Assembly: GCA_964016885.1 (NCBI GenBank)
Contig: OZ024758.1
Location: 6,696,001-6,760,000 of the forward strand
Origin: Eledone cirrhosa
Taxonomy: Eukaryota
Length of the DNA stretch: 64,000 nt
Direction of reading: 5' to 3'
In this document: one piece after another, positions 1-64,000 of the stretch
How positions within the stretch are numbered: the first letter of the stretch is position 1
Layout: every line of letters begins with the position of its first letter
The notes under the pieces: model-generated
Database searches by the model: none
Seen by the model: the letters and a program-made list of their open reading frames with translations, nothing else
Told to the model about the DNA's origin: nothing
Made by a program: the position numbers and the translations under genes

Positions 1-57628
<57,628 letters not shown>

Positions 57629-58361
57629 AGATATTTTGGTTATAGGGTGAGACTGGATTAAATAATTTTCTAAAATAAAGTAAAAAGAAATTTGTTACTG
57701 TTTTGTCTGTGTTATATGTGAATAGATTAGTTACAATTGAAGGTATCATTATCATCACCAGTTAACCTCCATTTGTCCATGCTAGCATAGGTTAGACGAG
57801 TTGCCCCTTTGAGACAAGCTAGATCAGATAACTGTGTCTTGCTCATACAGAACTGATTTGGGCTTGGTTTCTATGGCTGAATACCTTTCCTAATGCCAAT
57901 CAATGCTAATGCTTTTTGTTGTGACACCTACACAACAACTTTATTCTGTGTGCTTTTTGTTGTGACACCTACATGACCACTTTGCAGTTTGGGCTGGGTG
58001 TTTTTTGTCGTGACACCTACATGACCACTTTACAGTGGACTGGGTCCTTTTTGCTCTGACACCTATCTGTGAAACGTTCATAACTGAGCCTAATCAATAA
58101 AAGCCTCAATGTGAAACCTCATTTATTATATATATATATAAATATATATATATATTTATATTTATATATATATATTTATATATTTATATTTTTAGGTGAC
58201 TAATTGAAACAGAATTAATTCTGTAAACTAGTTACATAATAAAAACCAATACAATGTTACTCTACTTGCTGAAGCAGTGACTATTTAGTATTTAAGTTTA
58301 GCTATTACAAACAAATACACAGGTATATACACAGACATAAATAAATATCTAAAATACAAAC

Positions 58362-58470
58362 CTGAAGATCTTGAGTCAAGAGCCAACACTACTTCCAAAC
58401 TGTAATTCTCACTGAGTGCTTTCAATAGCTTTTGCCCTTCTTTGTGGAAAAGAAATACCAATGGGATACT
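58362..58470 (-). pseudogene. EDEM3: 5'-truncated EDEM3 exon (SIPLVFLFHKEGQ...DSRSS) fused to a SINE head
   Basis: Inverted near-identical match to 61993-62101 but lacking the exon's 5' half and acceptor. Confidence 0.7.
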
Positions 58471-58770
58471 ATCTGACCTTCTAACAACTCTGCTAATTCG
58501 CTGTGCTGGAATATATTTTAGCAACAAATAAATAAGCTAAGAAGGTTTTAATTAGAATTATGATGTATTATGAGTTGAATATCACAATAAATATGTTCAT
58601 AAATGGTATTAATATTATGTTTTTGTATTTGACAATCAACAACTAAACAACCATCTGGTTATTAAAATAATCCACTGGGAAATTATAATAAATTGAAGTG
58701 AAACCCAACAAGTGCATATGTTTTTTATTGGCAACGTGACCCTCCCAAAGTATAAAAATCTTAATATTAC

Positions 58771-58890
58771 CTTTTCAATAAACATGCATTCACCTCTTTC
58801 TAGGATAGCAATGTTTCCTTTGATATGTCTTGTATTAGTGAGAGGTGTACAAGCTTTGTACGGCTCGGCAATCATCAACTGACCTTGGAT
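58771..58890 (-). CDS. EDEM3: EDEM3-like PA-domain exon
   Basis: IQGQLMIAEPYKACTPLTN...GNIAILERGECMFIEK, phase 0/0, PA-domain RG-C-F-EK motif. Confidence 0.85.
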
Positions 58891-59892
58891 CTAATTAAAA
58901 TAATTCAGAAATATGATTAAAGAACAGTGTTGTCATAAAATAGTATTTTAACCATGGAATTACTTCCTTCTTATTCCACTAGATTTTAATTTCCACTAAT
59001 TCAAATAAAAGTAGGGCTACTTGTGTATGTAATGATAATGAGCCACAAGAAATACTGCAAGGTATCACACACAATGCTCTAATAATTCTGTCAATTCACC
59101 CTCCTGATGATGGATTCTCCACTGATTTCAATAATAAGCATTCTGTTGTTCTATCAACTGAACGTCCACCTCCAGAATCAAACACTTAAGGAAATATATA
59201 AATTCAAAAGAAATTATGTATTTCATGGTTATTTATAAATTTCCAACAAGTTCATAGATTTCAAAATAACCGTGGGACTTCTAGGGGTCCTGCAAGTAAT
59301 TCAAGAACTCCTAGTTTTCAAAATAACCATGTGACTTCTATAATTTCCTTAAATTTATAAACAAAAATATAAGAAGTGGGATTCTGTCAGAAACCAGTAG
59401 TTTGCAATGACACTGTAATAATCACATGAAAGTGGAATATAAATATCTTTCACTTCTTTACTATATCAAAATAGTTTAGCTAAAACTTTAAACTTCTATT
59501 TTTAATTGTGACTTAATTTTTACAAAGAAAACTATTTATAATCTGACTTTCTTAAGGTAATCATTAATTCATTCTACCTATATTAGGTTCATAACTATAA
59601 TGAAAATAATAGTAAAATTTCAACAAAGGCAGATACTGTATATGAATATTTCATGATTTTAACATATATATATGTGATGTGTTGGTGTAATGGTAGCACA
59701 GTGGTCTGGATAACTAAAGATGTGGGTTCGACTCCCATGTACGTCAATACTCATCTTTTTTCCATTTATCTGAAGGTTCTAAACCCCATTATCAGACTAA
59801 AATTTCTTTAGTAAAAAATACGGTGAAAGCCATTATATATATATATTAATTAAAAGTAGTTAAGACAGTTACTTCACCATAATTTCTTTACT

Positions 59893-59943
59893 GCATGATA
59901 TACATTTCTGTTACATGGTTATGCATGTGACTTCATCAGATGC
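59893..59943 (-). ncRNA. degenerate hammerhead ribozyme motif
   Basis: gcau-CUGAUGA-a-gucacaug(cauaac)cauguaac-a-GAAA-UGUAU-AUC-augc. Confidence 0.5.
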
Positions 59944-60023
59944 TCATACAATCATATGTGCAGTTATGCAATCATCAGGATATGTAACTGGTCATATATT
60001 ACCATCCTGTTGTGATACCATCA

Positions 60024-60069
<46 letters not shown>

Positions 60070-60396
60070 ATGAAGGCATAACAAATCGTCCTTGTAGTAC
60101 ACCCTGGCTATATATATATATAGTAATAATAATTACAAAGCCCAAAACCTAAAGAGGGCTCGATAAGGATTATATATATATATAATAAAAACGTATATAT
60201 AAACCCGTAGAGCAAATATTTATTATTATTACAGATTAAAGTTTAAGCAAAGAATTGCAGCTTTCACCCAATTATGTAATAGGGTGAAAGCAACGATTCT
60301 TTGCTTAAACTGTATATATTAAACTGTATATATTTGAATAAAGTTATAAACACGTACATATATAGTAAAGTAAAAGAACATGATTTATTTACTTAC

Positions 60397-60506
60397 TAGT
60401 GAGGAATTCTTGAGGTTGTAACCAAACTGAGCAGGTCCAGCACTCAAAACTGAGACATCATCACTACTAGGTGACAAGATCTGCACAAGAAGTGGCTCGT
60501 GTTGAG
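60397..60506 (-). CDS. EDEM3: EDEM3-like exon (start of PA domain)
   Basis: AG/GT bounded; QHEPLLVQILSPSSDDVSVLSAGPAQFGYNLKNSSL (AGPAQFG motif of EDEM3); not in the ORF track. Confidence 0.8.
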
Positions 60507-61171
60507 CTAAAGAAAATCAACAGTTTAACTACTGAAACAAAAAAGTTCAATATGTGACATTTACCTACACATGTACAATACTTTCTTTTGGAGTGAGGTA
60601 AAGATGTTTACGCTGCATAACTACTTAACGATTGTCTGAAGAAGGATTGTGACTGACAACGTTGTGTACCATATTGTAATCATACCCAAACATTATCAAA
60701 ATTGCTGATTGTTGTATATTATAAAAACTCACTCGATTAAATCAAACCCAGTGCATTACTGGTACTTTATTTTATTGATCCCATGAGGATGAAAGGCAAA
60801 GCTAACCTGAATAAATAATGGTTTCTGATTTAGGCACGAAGCCAACAATTTTAGAGGAGGGGAAAATCGATTAAATCGTCCCCAGAGTGTTTACTGGTAC
60901 TTAATTTTATCACCCTTGTAAGGATGAAAGGCAACGCTAACCTTGGGAGGATTTGAATTAGAATAAATAATTGTTTCTACTTTTGACACAAGGCCAGCAA
61001 TTAACTCAGTGTATTACTGGTACTTTATTTTATCGACCCCGTAAGAATGAAAGGCAAAGTTAACCTCAGCGGGATTTGAACTCAGACCATAAAGAGCCGT
61101 AACTCTATGCTGCAAGGCATGGTGTCTGACCCTCTACCGATACTCCCAATCCACAATGACCAATTACAACA

Positions 61172-61298
61172 GTTTTAATAATAATTGTTTCTACTTTTGG
61201 CACAAGGCCAGCAATTATCCCAGTCTAATAAAGTACCAGTAATACGCTGGGATAATTGCTGGTCTTGTGCCAAAAGTAGAAACAATTATTATTAAAAC
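61172..61298. repeat. 52-bp inverted repeat made of SINE tails
   Basis: 61172-61223 vs 61247-61298, 1 mismatch, 23-bp loop. Confidence 0.85.
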
Positions 61299-61921
61299 AC
61301 CGAGGGCAGTGAATTGGCAGTATCAGTAGAGGGTTGGACGCCATGCTTTCTAGCATAGTTGCGTCCCTTTACGAACTGAGTTCAAATCCCGTCGAGGTTA
61401 ACTTTGCTTTTCATCCTTACAGGGTCGATAAAATAAAGTATCAGTAATATACTGGGTAGATTATCGCATTCTCAGTAATCTTAATATTTCCACATTATCG
61501 CATTCCCAGTAACCATAATAGACAGTAGACAACACTTAAAATATTTTAAATATCAAAATATTAAAACTTCATAAATATATTCTTCACTCATGAGAATTTC
61601 AAAACCACACCATATAAACATGTGTTGATTACCTGCCTTGGTTTATAAACAGGGTTTAGATTTTTGTCTATTTCTCAGGCATAAAATAGGGAGTCGACTT
61701 ATATTTGGATATATATGGTAAATGACTGCTTGAGAGAAGATGGAAACATGGGCTTGATTCTAATCTGTATACTACTTCGTATGGAAAGCTCTAGTCTTGA
61801 AAGGTCTCCCTGTTCATTGAGTGCTAAATGTATTTACTAACATAATTAGAATTTACTGTATTTCATTATTTCATATTGAATAATAATAAAATACTTTACA
61901 ATCTATTAAATGTGGTTGTAG

Positions 61922-62101
61922 ATCATAATGAAGGTACAAGCAGTGAATCATCTCCACTGTTTGCAATGTCTGGTGATGGTCAACGTGATGTCAGTATCCC
62001 ATTGGTATTTCTTTTCCATAAAAAAGGGCAAAAGCTATTGAAAGCACTCAGTGAGAATTACAGTTTGGAAGTAGTGTTGGCTCTTGACTCAAGATCTTCA
62101 G
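61922..62101 (+). CDS. EDEM3: EDEM3-like exon (end of PA domain), opposite orientation to the other EDEM3 exons; possibly a non-functional duplicate
   Basis: (D)HNEGTSSESSPLFAMSGDG...SIPLVFLFHKKG...EVVL, AG/GT bounded, phase 1/1. Confidence 0.75.
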
Positions 62102-63728
62102 GTTTGTATTTTAGATATTTATTTATGTCTGTGTATATACCTGTGTATTTGTTTGTAATAGCTAAACTTAAATACTAAATAGTCACTGCTTCAGCAAGTA
62201 GAGTAACATTGTATTGGTTTTTATTATGTAACTAGTTTACAGAATTAATTCTGTTTCAATTAGTCCCCTAATGAAGAATATATATATATATATATATATA
62301 TAACGAGTGTTTAGAAATATAAGGAAAACACAAATAAAGGTCAGATCCACTCTTCACTTGTCTGTTGTGGGTCTCAGAATTTCCGACGCATCAAAGACAA
62401 TATGTCTAGCCACAGGGCGTCAATAACTGGGAAGTTATTGGGGAAAGAAAAGACAAGGAGAAGACGGCGAAGAGAAAGAAAATAAACTGAAGAAAAAAAC
62501 ACAGAAAACATACCAATAGAGAGGGGGAAACATGAGGAGTAGTACATGTATGTGACAGTAACCGAAGGGAGAGAGAGGAAGAAGGTAAACTGGCGGGGGC
62601 CTGTAAGTCCTGGGGCATTATTAACAGCAATAAAGGGCGGTGGATTGGCAGTATCGGTAGAGGGTTGGACGCCATGCTTTGTAACAAAGTGTTACAGCCC
62701 TTTATGGTCTGAGTTCAAATCCCGCTGAGGTTAACTTTGCTGGCCTTGTGCCAAGATGATGAGTGAAGAGAAATACGTCTGGGACGAGAACCAGCGTAAA
62801 GAGGGAAAGATGAAGGTAAACGGAAGTAGTGAGGGAGCAGAGAGAAAGAGGTTAGTGGGAGAGAGAAAAAGAAAGGGAGAAAAGGTGGAAGGAAAGAAGT
62901 TAATAATTGTTTCTACTTTTGGCACAAGGCCTGCAATTATCCCAGTGTATTACTGGTACTTTATATTATCGACCCCGTAAAATAAAGTATCAGTATGACC
63001 AGAGTGGCGGATTGGCAGAATTGACAGCTTATTACTTAAAATGCCATTGTGTTATTTATTCTGGCTCTTAATGTTTTAAGTTCAAATCTTGCCGAGGTCA
63101 ACTTTGCTTTTATCCTTCCGGGGTTGGTAAAATGAAGTACCAGTGGAGTATTGAGGTTAGTTTAATCAAATTTGCCCTTCTCTCAAGATTTGCTGGCTTT
63201 GTGGCTAAATTAGAATTCAATATAACATAATTAAGTTGCATAACTAGAATTAGAAACTTAAGTCAACTTTCCATGAAATTTGTATCTGCTTAATTTTGGT
63301 ATTTATGGATTTACGGGTATACTTTCCAGGATAGTTGTCTTAACCCTTTCGTTGCCATATTTTCCAATGAATAACACTGCTTATAATTTTTTTTAAAAAT
63401 CATTTTGGAAGTAATCAAGGATTGTTGTTACATGGAATGGTCATCCAAAGAATATGTGACACATCGAAGGTAAAATGTGGCCGTAGAAACCAAGCCATTA
63501 TCAGTTCTGTATGAGCAAGACACAGTTATCTGATCTAGCTTGTCTCAAAGGGGCAACTCGTCTAACCCATGCTAGCATGGACAAATGGAGGTTAACCGGT
63601 GATGATAATGATACCTTCAATTGTAACTAATCTATTCACATATAACACAGACAAAATAGTAAAAAATTTCTTTTTACTTTATTTTAGAAAATTATTTAAT
63701 CCAGTCTCACCCTATAACAAAAATATTT

Positions 63729-64000
63729 TCAAACTTGTAGTAACAAAGCAACTCCACCAAGTACCCATTTGCTGGGTTTCTCTTTACTCTTCAGGTTAAA
63801 TGTCCACACAAATGTGGGACCTCGTTGTTTCGTCTTGTATACAGGACACTGGTAAATATTCTTGGTATCCTGTCTATCGACTGGAATAGCTCTGAGGAAG
63901 ACAATTGGTAGCATAGGTGTGAGCTCTTTCAGTTGGGACTCTGTAATCATTCCAGTTTGGGTGTCCCACCTTGCTCCTTCCATAAAGAGGCCATGTATAA
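63729..64000 (-). pseudogene. inverted duplicate of the dynein terminal exon (runs off window; functional status unknown)
   Basis: Reverse complement of 57357-57628 with the same protein and one synonymous change seen; the match continues through the 3' flank to ~63480. Confidence 0.8.

Noticed and set aside
58285-58361. Hydrophobic C-terminal tail GLYFRYLFMSVYIPVYLFVIAKLKY as a transmembrane anchor
   Set aside because: Follows a plausible GT donor and is AT-rich and intron-like; cannot be supported without transcripts
59675-59760. tRNA gene
   Set aside because: A and B boxes are present but I cannot fold a convincing cloverleaf; the downstream body is shared with 7570-7662, so it is a SINE head

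Overview
This is AT-rich, repeat-dense animal genomic DNA; the SINE/LINE repertoire suggests an octopus or other cephalopod (inference). Positions 1-57628 (+) hold the last 46 exons (~3,730 codons, frame-consistent across every junction I traced) of an outer-arm axonemal dynein beta heavy chain of the DNAH9/11/17 family, with one GC-AG intron. Its 5' end lies left of the window. Downstream are EDEM3 PA-domain exons in both orientations and a ~98% identical inverted copy of the dynein last exon, so the dynein/EDEM3 junction is an inverted duplication with an internal deletion (or a haplotype mis-join). Introns contain tRNA-derived SINEs, RTE/CR1/CRE LINE fragments, piggyBac-, hAT-, Tigger-, mariner- and Helitron-type non-autonomous elements, and many minisatellites amplified from inside those elements. 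The most notable signal is a pair of intact minimal type-I hammerhead ribozymes of the Penelope type forming the arms of a 97-bp inverted repeat ~110 nt upstream of a dynein 3' splice site. Three or four further degenerate hammerheads occur elsewhere. A minisatellite built from an exon end plus its splice donor (~17 tandem donors) is also present.
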